A stretch of 64,000 bases of DNA from a virus (taxonomy: Duplodnaviria; Caudoviricetes): positions 107,341 to 171,340 of the IMG/VR virus record IMGVR_UViG_3300023048_000002; one strand, 5' to 3'. Positions within the stretch are counted from its first letter, which is position 1. Each line of letters begins with the position of its first letter. The notes beneath the pieces were generated by a model. That model saw only the letters and a program-made list of their open reading frames with translations. It did no database searches and was not told the DNA's origin. The position numbers and the translations under genes were made by a program. Shown one piece after another: positions 44,485 to 55,042 of the stretch.

Positions 44485-44727
44485 TTAGTAGATTGGGGGA
44501 GTGTTCTTCTTTGATAATTCTGTTTCTATTCTTTCTTTAATAAATTCTGAAATGATTTCTTTCTCTAGTGGTGTCAGTGCGAGCATTTCATCTTTTGATA
44601 ATGCTCCACGCATGAAATACATCATTTCGATACCTGATTTATAGAGTCCTTTGACTTGACCCTCAAGACTGCTATTCAGCTTAGCTATTAGCTGTCTATT
44701 TCCTGACTTGAGGGTTGAGTAAAAAAA
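44485..44727 (-). CDS. gp51-like baseplate/tail assembly segment, probably expressed as a -1 frameshift extension of 44688-45497
   Basis: YFMRGALS..EMLALTPLEKEII..FIKE motif; overlaps the gp26-like gene at a T7 slippery site. Confidence 0.6.
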   Translation of the reverse strand, partial: FFYSTLKSGNRQLIAKLNSSLEGQVKGLYKSGIEMMYFMRGALSKDEMLALTPLEKEIISEFIKERIETELSKKNTPPIY

Positions 44728-45497
44728 CTTACAGGGTTGAGACTGATTGGGGTTGTTCTCTTCTCCCCACAATACTTGCAAACAAATTCATGTTCCAATC
44801 GCATACCCCAAACATTGATTCTCTGAATATTTTCTAGAATCTTGTATTGGAACTCACGATCAAGGTCTCTAACGAAATCTTTAATGATATCTTGATCCTC
44901 ATAGGTATCAACTGATGAGATGCTTGCAACCAAGTTATCGATGAAGGTCGTGTAAATGCCATCGGGCGTTTCAAAATCTCCTGCACCCTGATTAATCTCA
45001 ATCATTTTAGCGAAAGTGACATATTTGGTTTTGAATACGAAACCATTTAGAGTGAAATTAGCATTTGCTAACTCATCTTCAGTCATCTCTTTTGTCTTCT
45101 TCATAAAGCTAGATACAGGTACTTCAAGGTCAACATACTTAGCCTTTTCACAGTCACATTTATATGGGACTGTCATGATGTCACCGTATGAGACCTGACG
45201 CATTGCGGTCAGGATAAAGTCTACATCCTTGGATAATAGCTCCAATGGCTTCTGTACCTGTGGACAGCAACGGCTGATAACCTTCTGAACGGCAGTCCCT
45301 TGGAATAACATATCAGGAGTGCGGAGATAGATTTCATCCAATGTAGTCATCGGATATACGAGAATTTCACCATCAACCACTTCATCAGCTAATTCACCAT
45401 TAGTGTAAGTCAAGCCTTTTGATGGTATACGATAAGTTACGCCCGGCATTCTGCCGCTCTTTAGTAACTTATTTTTTAGTGGATTTGTTTCTGACAT
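44688..45497 (-). CDS. baseplate hub/tail assembly protein (T4 gp26-like)
   Basis: IPSKG, YPMTTLDE, DVDFIL..MR..SYG, CxC and CxxC, C-terminal NP.SFF. Confidence 0.8.
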   Translation of the reverse strand: MSETNPLKNKLLKSGRMPGVTYRIPSKGLTYTNGELADEVVDGEILVYPMTTLDEIYLRTPDMLFQGTAVQKVISRCCPQVQKPLELLSKDVDFILTAMRQVSYGDIMTVPYKCDCEKAKYVDLEVPVSSFMKKTKEMTEDELANANFTLNGFVFKTKYVTFAKMIEINQGAGDFETPDGIYTTFIDNLVASISSVDTYEDQDIIKDFVRDLDREFQYKILENIQRINVWGMRLEHEFVCKYCGEKRTTPISLNPVSFFTQPSSQEIDS

Positions 45498-45595
45498 TTG
45501 AAGTTCCTGATTTCGAAATTATTTATCCTATACAAAAAATGCCGAAATTTGTGTTTTAGGTATGCAGATAAATAAAATGTATAGAGGACTAATCA

Positions 45596-46543
45596 ATGCC
45601 AGCGTCTTATTCGGATACCGCAGCACCAGCTACATATAATTTTGATCTTCCTAGCGGTACGAAAGTAACCACATTGGAACAGGTCAAAACTCTTTCGGCT
45701 AAAGATGCTAAACAATTACAGAATTTTGCTAAGGATGCCCAAGGTGGTCAGCCTGATTTGAGTAATGATCCTAAGCTACAACAGCTTTTTGATGCTGCTG
45801 GTCAGAGAGTCAAAGAAACCTCTACTGGTAGTGGACTTAATAAACAGTTACAAAATAAAGTAAGCGGTCTTACACCAACTGACAATACTCCCGGCATAGA
45901 ACTTAATCAGGGCATTGATTATGTTGATAGACGAGCTATGGTTGAACAAAATAATGCTCTTAAGAAAGTAGCACTTGTAGGTAGTTATGGTACTGGCGCA
46001 CGACCATTGACTGGCGATATCTCAACAAGCGGTACTATCCAGAACCAGAACAAAGATCAGCAAATCGTAGTTTTTGATGTAACACCAGAATTAAGTGAGA
46101 GTGGATCAACTGTCCTAGTTGATATTGGTGATATCCGTGCCGCAGCAAGTATTGTCATTTATATGGGTAGCCCGAGTAGAAGCTTTTCTATTAATGCAAA
46201 GTTTGTATCCCGTGATGCAGATGAGGCAACACAGACCTATAAGAACATTGTCAATCTAAAAGCATGGCGTGAGCCACAGCTAGCACCGGGTGTTGGATTT
46301 AATGCTGAACCGGAAACATTAAGACTATTCGCTTATGAAGGAACTCTGAAAGGAATTCCTGTAATGATTCAGTCCCTTAATATTTCATGGTCACCAGAAG
46401 TAGATTATATTAGTGATAATAGTGGAAATCCGATTCCCATTATTCAGGATGTTACTATTCAGTTAAAAGAAGTAAGAAGCTTCGATGACTTGAAAACATT
46501 TGATTATTCACAGTTTAGAATCGGCAAATTGAATACTTGGTAA
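45596..46543 (+). CDS. baseplate/tail-tube initiator-like protein
   Basis: FDVTPEL..S, PETLRLFAY, IPVMIQSLNISW...VDY; first gene of the late baseplate operon (ATAAATA 45568-45574). Confidence 0.55.
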   Translation: MPASYSDTAAPATYNFDLPSGTKVTTLEQVKTLSAKDAKQLQNFAKDAQGGQPDLSNDPKLQQLFDAAGQRVKETSTGSGLNKQLQNKVSGLTPTDNTPGIELNQGIDYVDRRAMVEQNNALKKVALVGSYGTGARPLTGDISTSGTIQNQNKDQQIVVFDVTPELSESGSTVLVDIGDIRAAASIVIYMGSPSRSFSINAKFVSRDADEATQTYKNIVNLKAWREPQLAPGVGFNAEPETLRLFAYEGTLKGIPVMIQSLNISWSPEVDYISDNSGNPIPIIQDVTIQLKEVRSFDDLKTFDYSQFRIGKLNTW

Positions 46544-46548
46544 AGAAA

Positions 46549-46884
46549 ATGGCATTTAAATTATATCAAAATAAAAGTTCTCTTGATCGTAAGTATTCAA
46601 GATTCGTAGCTGGTGGTACTACTGAATTAATCGGTAATTTTTTAGGTTGGTGGGAGAAAGCAGATATCCCTACTAATTATCTAGATGATGGTAAATTCAC
46701 TATCACCAAAGAATTTGAACATAGACCAGATAAAATAGCCTATTATGTTTATGGTAGAGAAGATTTTATGTGGCTTGTTTTGCAGTATAATAACATCGTA
46801 GATATCAATGAAGAGCTTGTTACTGGTACGGTACTCAAGCTACCTTCATATTCAAGAGCGATGTATAACTTGGTTAATAATTAA
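46549..46884 (+). CDS. baseplate wedge subunit (gp53-like, LysM-related)
   Basis: RPDKIAYYVYG..DFMWLV..YN.I.D....L..G..LKLP. Confidence 0.8.
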   Translation: MAFKLYQNKSSLDRKYSRFVAGGTTELIGNFLGWWEKADIPTNYLDDGKFTITKEFEHRPDKIAYYVYGREDFMWLVLQYNNIVDINEELVTGTVLKLPSYSRAMYNLVNN

Positions 46885-48710
46885 TGGCTGACACTGACAA
46901 TGCACCACAGAATCCACTCTTACAGTATAAGTCTTATACGACTAAGAATATTCTGGTGGCTTTCACAACAACATCTGATGCAGTTAATACTAAAATAGAT
47001 TACACATTAGGTGAAACTGGAACACAGTTTAATGGTACAGGCTGTGATAAGCCTGCCATTGTTGTTGTTAATGAGTTTGTAGATTATAAATTTTCTATTG
47101 TAAACCACCAAAATGAATTTTCATTCCATTCATTTTTTGATAGATCAACATCATCAATGACAGGATCGCTTACAATCACCGATTCTGTTGGTGGTTATTT
47201 TCAAAACTTTATGCGAGACCAAGTAGCCATTAAATTAGGTATTGCTCAGTCACATGTTGTGTTTGCCTTAAAGACTTGGTTTATTGGAACAACAAAGACT
47301 GATGAGCAGTTGATTTTATCAACAAAGCCATTGATCTTTCACATGATCAATTTAACGCACTCTTTTAATGATACAGGTTCCCAAAACTTTTACTCATTAA
47401 TGTATGTTGCAGATTACAATACATTTGGTCTACTACCCAACTTTTCCAGAATGTTTCAGATGACTGTAACGCATAAGGATAGTGGACAACATGCCGAGAC
47501 TCCTATTGTTAGTCAGTCAACTGATCTAATTGCTAAAAGAAAACAGCTTGAATCCTATAGAAGTAAAAGAATTACTAATGATAAAACCATGATGAATATT
47601 CGTGATGTCATGGAAGGATTTGAAGCTGGCTTAAAGAATATGAAGTTTGCGCCCAAGTCACAATTGCAATCTTGGATGGGAAATATCAGAAGTGATTATG
47701 TTAATAAAATAGAACCATATGATCAGAAAAAATCAGGTGGTGAGCTTCCTATCGAATATAATATTCACTTAGATTCAATCTATGATAATTACGTTATTGA
47801 TAATAGAAATCTAACTTATGAGCAACCTGAACAATCACAGGTTGCTGCTGGTATTAAAAGCTTTCAAGTAAAACCGGGTAAAAGCTTAACTGCTACGGTT
47901 AATAACTTAATGAAGCTATCCAGTCAGGTCGGTGAAGATGCTAGAGTTGGTTTGGATATGCAGAAAAGCTATAAATGTAACATGTCAACGATCAAGACCT
48001 GTGATGACAAATATCAGTTTGATGTCCATATCGCCCATTACATTGTTCCTAAGAACACACAGACTGTTGATACTGGTCCCGGTAATGATGAAAGCTTTTT
48101 GAATCCATTAATATTCACTTATCAGGAATCAGCCAAAGATAGAGATATTATCAATATCTCAACGTCAATGTTTTCAGACAGTGATCTTTCTATCCTAGAA
48201 CAACCTAATACCAGCAATGATAATAGAGTAGTTGTAGGCAATCGTGAACAGATTACAGTTGAAAGAAGTTCATCGGCAGGATTCTTCAATACCTCATTTA
48301 GTGGTGTGAGAGGAATGGCTGATCCTAAGAACTATAGCCTTGAGCGCCCAAATGGGCCAGTGTCAATTGACAACTTGGTCAAAACAAATCTTTCACAGAC
48401 ATCAAGATTATACATTACCATTGTCGGTAATCCTAATTTACTATCTGATCTTTTTAGAAATCCACAAAAAGTTGTAGATGAAGATGAGGACTCACCATTT
48501 TACTATAAGTACCCTGAGTACTATCCGATGTATGCAAAACTTAATTTGTATTTGAAGCCTTCTAGCTCCATCGGTATAGAAAACGCAAAAGACATTCCTA
48601 ACCAGTATTATTACACTGGTTATTACCATTTAGGAAAAGTTACCACGAATATCACTGGTAACCTTTTCACCCAAGTATTAGAACTTTATAGGACTGATGA
48701 TCAGACATGA
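46884..48710 (+). CDS. baseplate hub protein (gp27-like position)
   Basis: NPL..Y.SY N-terminus, ITIVGNP, GYY....V......FTQ.LEL C-terminus. Confidence 0.6.
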   Translation: MADTDNAPQNPLLQYKSYTTKNILVAFTTTSDAVNTKIDYTLGETGTQFNGTGCDKPAIVVVNEFVDYKFSIVNHQNEFSFHSFFDRSTSSMTGSLTITDSVGGYFQNFMRDQVAIKLGIAQSHVVFALKTWFIGTTKTDEQLILSTKPLIFHMINLTHSFNDTGSQNFYSLMYVADYNTFGLLPNFSRMFQMTVTHKDSGQHAETPIVSQSTDLIAKRKQLESYRSKRITNDKTMMNIRDVMEGFEAGLKNMKFAPKSQLQSWMGNIRSDYVNKIEPYDQKKSGGELPIEYNIHLDSIYDNYVIDNRNLTYEQPEQSQVAAGIKSFQVKPGKSLTATVNNLMKLSSQVGEDARVGLDMQKSYKCNMSTIKTCDDKYQFDVHIAHYIVPKNTQTVDTGPGNDESFLNPLIFTYQESAKDRDIINISTSMFSDSDLSILEQPNTSNDNRVVVGNREQITVERSSSAGFFNTSFSGVRGMADPKNYSLERPNGPVSIDNLVKTNLSQTSRLYITIVGNPNLLSDLFRNPQKVVDEDEDSPFYYKYPEYYPMYAKLNLYLKPSSSIGIENAKDIPNQYYYTGYYHLGKVTTNITGNLFTQVLELYRTDDQT

Positions 48711-51337
48711 TGGAACAAGACCAACTGTTGGACATCCTCAACAAGAGATTTTCAACAAACCAGAAAGGCGATTATTATCACACTGAAATCGGTATCACTA
48801 CCGGTGTTGTTGTGGATACTGACGACCCGCTACAGCAGGGTCGCTTGAGAGTATTTTGTCCAGCATATGGTGATGATCCAAGTAAAATCTTCCAGCTTCC
48901 GTGGGCAGTTTATCTTGCACCGTTTGGGGGAACGATCAATAACAACCAGTTTGAACGTAATGGTCAGACTTCTAATGGTTCTGTGAGCTATGGTTTTTGG
49001 GCTATTCCAGAAATGGGAGCTAATGTCGCAGTTGTCTGTATTGATGGTGACATGCGTAGACGTGTTTATCTTGGTACGATCTTCGATCAACAGGAAACCC
49101 ATACTTTAATTAATGGTAGATATAATTGGGGTGCTGGTGGATCAGCAGATGGTCCACTGACATCTAGTGGTGATCCCATTGAGCCTGCATATAGCAATGC
49201 CAAGTCAGCCTATGCTGGAAAGAATAGTTCACCAGAATGGCAGTCCCGTGAGGCTGAATACACTGTTGCGGCTGTCAGTAAAGATGTTAACCAACCACCA
49301 ACACCAGATAAGTCAAGCTATCTAGATCAGCAGTTTGGTGAGATTAGCGAATTCCAGCAGTTTCCATTCAATAAAGATATTGTTGGTGGTCATGGCTATG
49401 ATTGGTCAGGTTTCCAACATATCCCATTCAAATCTTCAAGAGCATTCGGCATGTCAACGCCGGGCTTCCACAGCATTGGTATGGATGATCGTATTACAAG
49501 TAATCGTATGAAGTTTAAGACATCATCAGGTCATCTATTCCTAATGGATGATACTAATGAGCGCATCTACATAAGAACAAACAAGGGTAATAATTGGATT
49601 GAAATGGATTCATCCGGCAACATTGATATGCATTCTGAAAGAAGAGTGTCAATTCATGCTGCGAAGGATATGAACTTTACATCTGATGAAACCATTCGTA
49701 TGACAGCAACCAAGGGCATTCACATGTATGCCGGTGGTCAGAACTTGAATCCTCCACTATCTGCCGCTCCGGCTGATGGACAGATTAGAATTCAAGCTGC
49801 TGATGATTTACATCTTGTATCCAAGAATCTAAGACAGCTTTCATTTGATGACACTATCTTTGAAATTGGTGGAAACCATTGCATGAGTATTGGTGGTACA
49901 TCAAAGACACAGGTACACGGTGACATCGATTTGATTACTAATGCTGGTGACTTCAACACAACAATTACTGGTAATTATAATCTTGCTGTCACTGGTAATA
50001 TTGTTGAATTCGCCAATGGTACAGCATCACTATCATCACATGGTGATCTAAGCTTCTATTCATTCTATGGTCAATTGAACATGGGTTCACAGACCGATGT
50101 CGTAATGAAGTCTGTCAGTGGTGGTATTACCATGGAATCAGTTGGTGGTAACTCTGGTGGTACTGGTAGTATTACTCTAAAGACACCAAACTCACAGATC
50201 GCAGTCAGCAACATTGGTGCAGCTATCTCTACGAACGGTTCAATGAGCATTTCGTCAGGTACAGATATGTCCATCGGTACGAATAAGCCTTCACCTCAGG
50301 TGCAGCCATTCCCTGATGAGTCAAAGGTTCCAGCAGTTTCATGTGACAACCTACCTGCTACGGTGCCTATTGCTGGCTTCAGTGGTGCAGACTTGGCCGC
50401 TCGTGTAGCTTGGAATGCAGGTTTCCGTGGTCAGTCATTGACAATTGCTGTTGCTATTGCAGGCGCAGAATCAAGCTTTAACTCAAATGCTAAGGGTGAC
50501 GTAGGTCTTGAAAATGATAAGTGGGGTCCATCCATCGGATTCTGGCAGGTTCGTTCCTTGAAGAACCCATCAGCATACAGCTATCCAGACACATTGCGTG
50601 TGGAAACAGCATTGTATGATCCACAAACCAACGCTAACGCAGCATATGCATTCTCATCACATGGTACGAAGTTTGGTGCATGGTCTACTTACACAAGTGG
50701 AAATTACTTGAGTTCTGGAAATATGAACCCAGCAGTCACCGCCATCACAAACATGTGTGCCTCAGCAACAACTCCACCACAGGGACTATCAGATTTTATG
50801 ACTGTTTCTGGTATTACTTCTCGTGAAAGCAACCTTGATCTTCTTGTGGGAACATGTAATGGTGGTTCTGCAATCTCAATCGGTATAGCAGGCATTTCAT
50901 TGCAGTCCTTAGTAGACATTAACATACATGCTTTGGCTGCAACAGGTTTCGGTGTTAATGGACAATTCTCCGCACCATTGGTCAGCGGTGTTATTAGTCA
51001 GGTAAACATGCTTTCAACTGAGTTGAATACTCTTTCCTACTATTCAAGCTTGGCCTTGACTGCGATTGCATCTGCATTGAACGCATTGAGTGGTGGTGCA
51101 TCAATCCCACACTTCAATCTAGAGTTCCCAATCGATATTCAATCAATTTTACAGGCATTCTCATTGAGTGGTATTTCATTGCCATTGAACTTCACGGCTC
51201 TTATTAATATGTTGACTAGCGGCCTATGCCTACAGTTGCCCACGATCCCAGCAATCTCAATCCCAAGTTTTCCGGGTAATGTACAGTCAATCTTCCAGAG
51301 TGAAAACTTTAATATAAATGGAGGTACAATCCTATGA
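48707..51337 (+). CDS. baseplate central spike (gp5/VgrG-like) with lytic transglycosylase-like domain
   Basis: DDPLQQGRLRV OB fold, SYGFW..PE.G, beta-helix repeats, AIAGAESS..GFWQV..DPQTNA..WSTY. Confidence 0.85.
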   Translation: MMEQDQLLDILNKRFSTNQKGDYYHTEIGITTGVVVDTDDPLQQGRLRVFCPAYGDDPSKIFQLPWAVYLAPFGGTINNNQFERNGQTSNGSVSYGFWAIPEMGANVAVVCIDGDMRRRVYLGTIFDQQETHTLINGRYNWGAGGSADGPLTSSGDPIEPAYSNAKSAYAGKNSSPEWQSREAEYTVAAVSKDVNQPPTPDKSSYLDQQFGEISEFQQFPFNKDIVGGHGYDWSGFQHIPFKSSRAFGMSTPGFHSIGMDDRITSNRMKFKTSSGHLFLMDDTNERIYIRTNKGNNWIEMDSSGNIDMHSERRVSIHAAKDMNFTSDETIRMTATKGIHMYAGGQNLNPPLSAAPADGQIRIQAADDLHLVSKNLRQLSFDDTIFEIGGNHCMSIGGTSKTQVHGDIDLITNAGDFNTTITGNYNLAVTGNIVEFANGTASLSSHGDLSFYSFYGQLNMGSQTDVVMKSVSGGITMESVGGNSGGTGSITLKTPNSQIAVSNIGAAISTNGSMSISSGTDMSIGTNKPSPQVQPFPDESKVPAVSCDNLPATVPIAGFSGADLAARVAWNAGFRGQSLTIAVAIAGAESSFNSNAKGDVGLENDKWGPSIGFWQVRSLKNPSAYSYPDTLRVETALYDPQTNANAAYAFSSHGTKFGAWSTYTSGNYLSSGNMNPAVTAITNMCASATTPPQGLSDFMTVSGITSRESNLDLLVGTCNGGSAISIGIAGISLQSLVDINIHALAATGFGVNGQFSAPLVSGVISQVNMLSTELNTLSYYSSLALTAIASALNALSGGASIPHFNLEFPIDIQSILQAFSLSGISLPLNFTALINMLTSGLCLQLPTIPAISIPSFPGNVQSIFQSENFNINGGTIL

Positions 51338-51660
51338 CTCTAGTAGTAAATGCAGATGTGGTAACAGGATTACCAACTTTTCCAGTAGATGGAGTGTATC
51401 AAGCATTCATGCCTAAGATCGCATCACCGGCATGTCTTTCTCAAGCTGATAACGCTCCTTGGACAAATAGAGTACCAGCGCATGAACCATGGGCTAGAAC
51501 CATGATGGGTAATTCCACTACAAATGGTCCAAGTGATGAGTCAGGGTTCAACACCGGACACGAACCACAGTTCGCAGATGATGGCGGTAAGGCATCTGAG
51601 AGCATCAATAGAGTGGAAGGTGATGACACGATACCTCGTGGACAATTCTGGCGCAGATAA
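51334..51660 (+). CDS. gp5-associated small protein (RVPAHEPW motif)
   Basis: GGAGG RBS, ATGA overlap with gp5. Confidence 0.65.
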   Translation: MTLVVNADVVTGLPTFPVDGVYQAFMPKIASPACLSQADNAPWTNRVPAHEPWARTMMGNSTTNGPSDESGFNTGHEPQFADDGGKASESINRVEGDDTIPRGQFWRR

Positions 51661-51683
51661 ATATTTAATTATCGGATATGTAA

Positions 51684-52055
51684 ATGGATCAGTATATTGG
51701 GTTTTCTACCCTTGAATTTCAGAATAACAAAAGCCTTATTCTAAAAAATGCCAACTTAATCAAGCAAGACTTGATAAACAACATTTTTACGAAAAAGGGT
51801 GAAAGGGTCATGATGACCACCTATGGAACACGAATCCCTGATTTGGTATTTGAACCACTAGATGATGCGACAGTTTACATAGTACAACAGGATATCACTC
51901 AGGTTTTCGACAATGACCCTCGTGTTAAGTTGCAAAATCTTTCTGTGATCCCACTTTACGACCAAAGCACTATCATGGTGTTTGCAGACGTTTATTATAC
52001 GTATTTGAATTTCAGCGATAAACTCGACCTGAATATTAAATTCGTAGACGCTTAA
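51684..52055 (+). CDS. baseplate wedge protein (gp25-like)
   Basis: TKKGERVM...YGT.I.DLVFEPLD, DPRV. Confidence 0.9.
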   Translation: MDQYIGFSTLEFQNNKSLILKNANLIKQDLINNIFTKKGERVMMTTYGTRIPDLVFEPLDDATVYIVQQDITQVFDNDPRVKLQNLSVIPLYDQSTIMVFADVYYTYLNFSDKLDLNIKFVDA

Positions 52056-52082
52056 ATAAATATTAGAAATTTTGAGGTTATA

Positions 52083-54977
52083 ATGGCACGAGTAATTAAC
52101 AGAGCGGAAACATGGGAAGCAGCGTATGAGGCTTTCCAACAAGTAAACTTTACCGCATGGGATTTCGATAGCATCAAGAAATCGCTATTGGATTATCTTA
52201 AGGTTTATTACTCAGAAGAAGATTTCAATGACTACATCGAATCTTCGGAACTAGTTGTCATTCTTGAGCTATTCGCCTATGTAGGTGAATTGATCGCCTA
52301 CAGACAGGACATGAATGCTCACGAGAACATTCTAACAGATGCAGATAGAAAAGAATCTGTCCTTAGACTTGCTAAACTTTTATCTTATAATGCCTCAAGA
52401 AATCTACCAGCCCGTGGTTTGGTAAAGCTAACTTCAATATCCACAACAGAACAAATCTTTGATTCTCGTGCAGTTGATCTAACTAATAAGACAATTTACT
52501 GGAATGACCAGAATAATGATCAGTGGAAGGACCAGTTCCTAACTATTTTAAATAGAGTGCTGGCACAACCATTTGGTACAGTGCTTCCTTCAGATCGCGT
52601 ACAGGTACAGGATGTCGTCTTCGAACTTTATGGGATGAACAACAATCCATTGACTAATAACGTTATTACTTATAATATTAACGTTACTGGTCAAACCTAT
52701 CCAATGGAAGTTGTTAGCTCCCAGCTAGATCAGTACGGACCATATGAAAAGCGTCCCGAAAAGAATTTACAGATGAATCTATTGTATTTGTCTGACGGTC
52801 TTGGTGACTCATCAGACAACACAGGATTCTTCTTCTTTACGAAACAGGGACAGATTCAGAGAACAACAGCAAGCTTCGATGGTGTTATCCCGAACCAGAC
52901 TTTTGATATCCTGATTAAGAACTCAAACAACACTGACGTTTGGGTAAACAATATTGATGAAATCACTGACCAGATAATTGTCGGTGACGGTAGTACTGAA
53001 CTACGCGAAGGTGAATGGGTTAAGGTAGATATTGCAAACTCACAGAATATTATCTTCAACACCAACCCAAATAGAAATAAGTATGAACTTGAAACCCTAA
53101 CTGATGACCAGTTCAGAATCATCTTTGGTGATGGTAACTATGCTAATATTCCTTCTGGCAAGTTTGAAATTTGGTCAAGAACATCAGCTAATGATGATTT
53201 GGTCATCCCTGCCAATGCTATTCAGAACATTTCAGCTTCAGTCCCTTACGCTGATAACAGCGGTAAGCGTCAGACCTTCTCATTTGCATTCTCTCTAGTA
53301 GATTCAATTCAGAATGCTGCACCGTCAGAAGATATTGAACACATTCGTAGAACTGCACCTGCTGTGTATTACACTCAGGATCGTATGGTCAACGGACGCG
53401 ACTATAACGAATTCATGCTTCAGGACAATAGCATCCTAAAGCTACGTACAATTAATAGAACATTTGCGGGTGATTCAAAGTATATTGAATGGCATGATCC
53501 AAAAGAGTATTATGATAATGTAAAACTATTCTCTGACGATGGTGTGATTTATTTTAATCAATATAATATTGAACAGCGTATCGCTCCGGGAACATTACCA
53601 GCAGCAGACTACGGCGCTAACGTCAATCTTTCTAATGCTTTGATTGCTAATTATCTTGAACCAATCCTTTCAACGGATGACTTTTATGTTAAGTCACTAT
53701 TGGGTGGTGTTATTCCTTCACTAGTAAGAACTAATTTTACTACAAATGAAAAGGCTCAGATAAGCTCAGCTATTTCAAACGCAGTAAATGCGCCACCTAA
53801 GACGGTATGGCTATCATTTAACGTTCAAACAAATAGCTGGTCTGTGGCACTAAATCAACCATTAGACTATTGGGTTTCAGCAGAGTTACAGACTGATGGT
53901 TATTGGAATATAACCTTTCTAGGAACTCGCATCATCATGCATAGTGATGGCTTGGATTTCTGGATCACAAATACGAATGCTAAGACGATCACATACGATA
54001 CTTTAAATGGTAATTATGATCAGATCACTATCTTGGCTGCTAATACCAGTGCTACGGGTCAGATTTTGACCTCAAACTATCCATTAAATGTAACCCAACA
54101 ATATATCTACGAAACTGGTGAAGAGAAAGGTACTGAAAGTATCCATGATGTTTTACTATTACCGGGTGATATTAATGGTGATGGTATTCCAGATTATATA
54201 ACACTTTCTTATTTGATATCACCATCGACATTCGTGTATTTCTCAAGAGAATGTACTGATGCGTGCGAGTGGACCTATGTTGCCTACTCAGCATCCACTC
54301 AGGCTGCATGGCAGGCTGACCAAGACGCGGGAACAAGTCTATGGAAGAGAGAGCAGGGTAGAGAAGGGATCAACTTCCTATGGATGCACAGAACGCCTAG
54401 ATACCATCTTGTCGATCCATCAGCAAGTAACATCATGGATGGTTATATTATCACCAGAGGATATTACACATCTTTAAGACAGTGGTTAACCGGAAAGATC
54501 GATCAGAAGCCTACATCTCCAACACCATTTGAGTTGAAGTCAAGCTATGATTATCTAATTGAAAGCAAGATGATTTCCGATACCTTGATTCTACATCCCG
54601 GTAAGGTTAAGCTTCTATTCGGTAGCAAGGCAAGTGCACAGCTTCAGGCATCTTTCAAGGTTGTCCGCTCATCGAACACATCGATGACAAACAATCAGAT
54701 CAAGACAGCAATCGTTGATGCGGTCAATACTTACTTTGACATCAATAATTGGGAGTTTGGACAGTCATTCTACTTTACTGACTTATCAACCTATATCCAC
54801 TCATCATTGCCAAACAATATTTCTTCCGTAGTCATCGTACCTAGCTATTCATCAAATGTATTTGGTGATATGTTCCAAGTTCAGGCTAAAGAAGATGAAA
54901 TTATTCAACCAAGCATATCGGTTGATGACATTCAAATTGTTGATTCATTGAACCCAAAGACGCTAAGACAGTTTTAA
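52083..54977 (+). CDS. baseplate wedge protein (gp6-like)
   Basis: DFDSIK, FNDYIESSE, SVLRLAKLLSY, FGDG, QDRMVNGRDY. Confidence 0.9.
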   Translation: MARVINRAETWEAAYEAFQQVNFTAWDFDSIKKSLLDYLKVYYSEEDFNDYIESSELVVILELFAYVGELIAYRQDMNAHENILTDADRKESVLRLAKLLSYNASRNLPARGLVKLTSISTTEQIFDSRAVDLTNKTIYWNDQNNDQWKDQFLTILNRVLAQPFGTVLPSDRVQVQDVVFELYGMNNNPLTNNVITYNINVTGQTYPMEVVSSQLDQYGPYEKRPEKNLQMNLLYLSDGLGDSSDNTGFFFFTKQGQIQRTTASFDGVIPNQTFDILIKNSNNTDVWVNNIDEITDQIIVGDGSTELREGEWVKVDIANSQNIIFNTNPNRNKYELETLTDDQFRIIFGDGNYANIPSGKFEIWSRTSANDDLVIPANAIQNISASVPYADNSGKRQTFSFAFSLVDSIQNAAPSEDIEHIRRTAPAVYYTQDRMVNGRDYNEFMLQDNSILKLRTINRTFAGDSKYIEWHDPKEYYDNVKLFSDDGVIYFNQYNIEQRIAPGTLPAADYGANVNLSNALIANYLEPILSTDDFYVKSLLGGVIPSLVRTNFTTNEKAQISSAISNAVNAPPKTVWLSFNVQTNSWSVALNQPLDYWVSAELQTDGYWNITFLGTRIIMHSDGLDFWITNTNAKTITYDTLNGNYDQITILAANTSATGQILTSNYPLNVTQQYIYETGEEKGTESIHDVLLLPGDINGDGIPDYITLSYLISPSTFVYFSRECTDACEWTYVAYSASTQAAWQADQDAGTSLWKREQGREGINFLWMHRTPRYHLVDPSASNIMDGYIITRGYYTSLRQWLTGKIDQKPTSPTPFELKSSYDYLIESKMISDTLILHPGKVKLLFGSKASAQLQASFKVVRSSNTSMTNNQIKTAIVDAVNTYFDINNWEFGQSFYFTDLSTYIHSSLPNNISSVVIVPSYSSNVFGDMFQVQAKEDEIIQPSISVDDIQIVDSLNPKTLRQF

Positions 54978-55042
54978 TTAAATCACGAATTTTTGTTTAA
55001 TTCGAACTCAATAAATAGTACGATAAACTATGTCGGACTATA

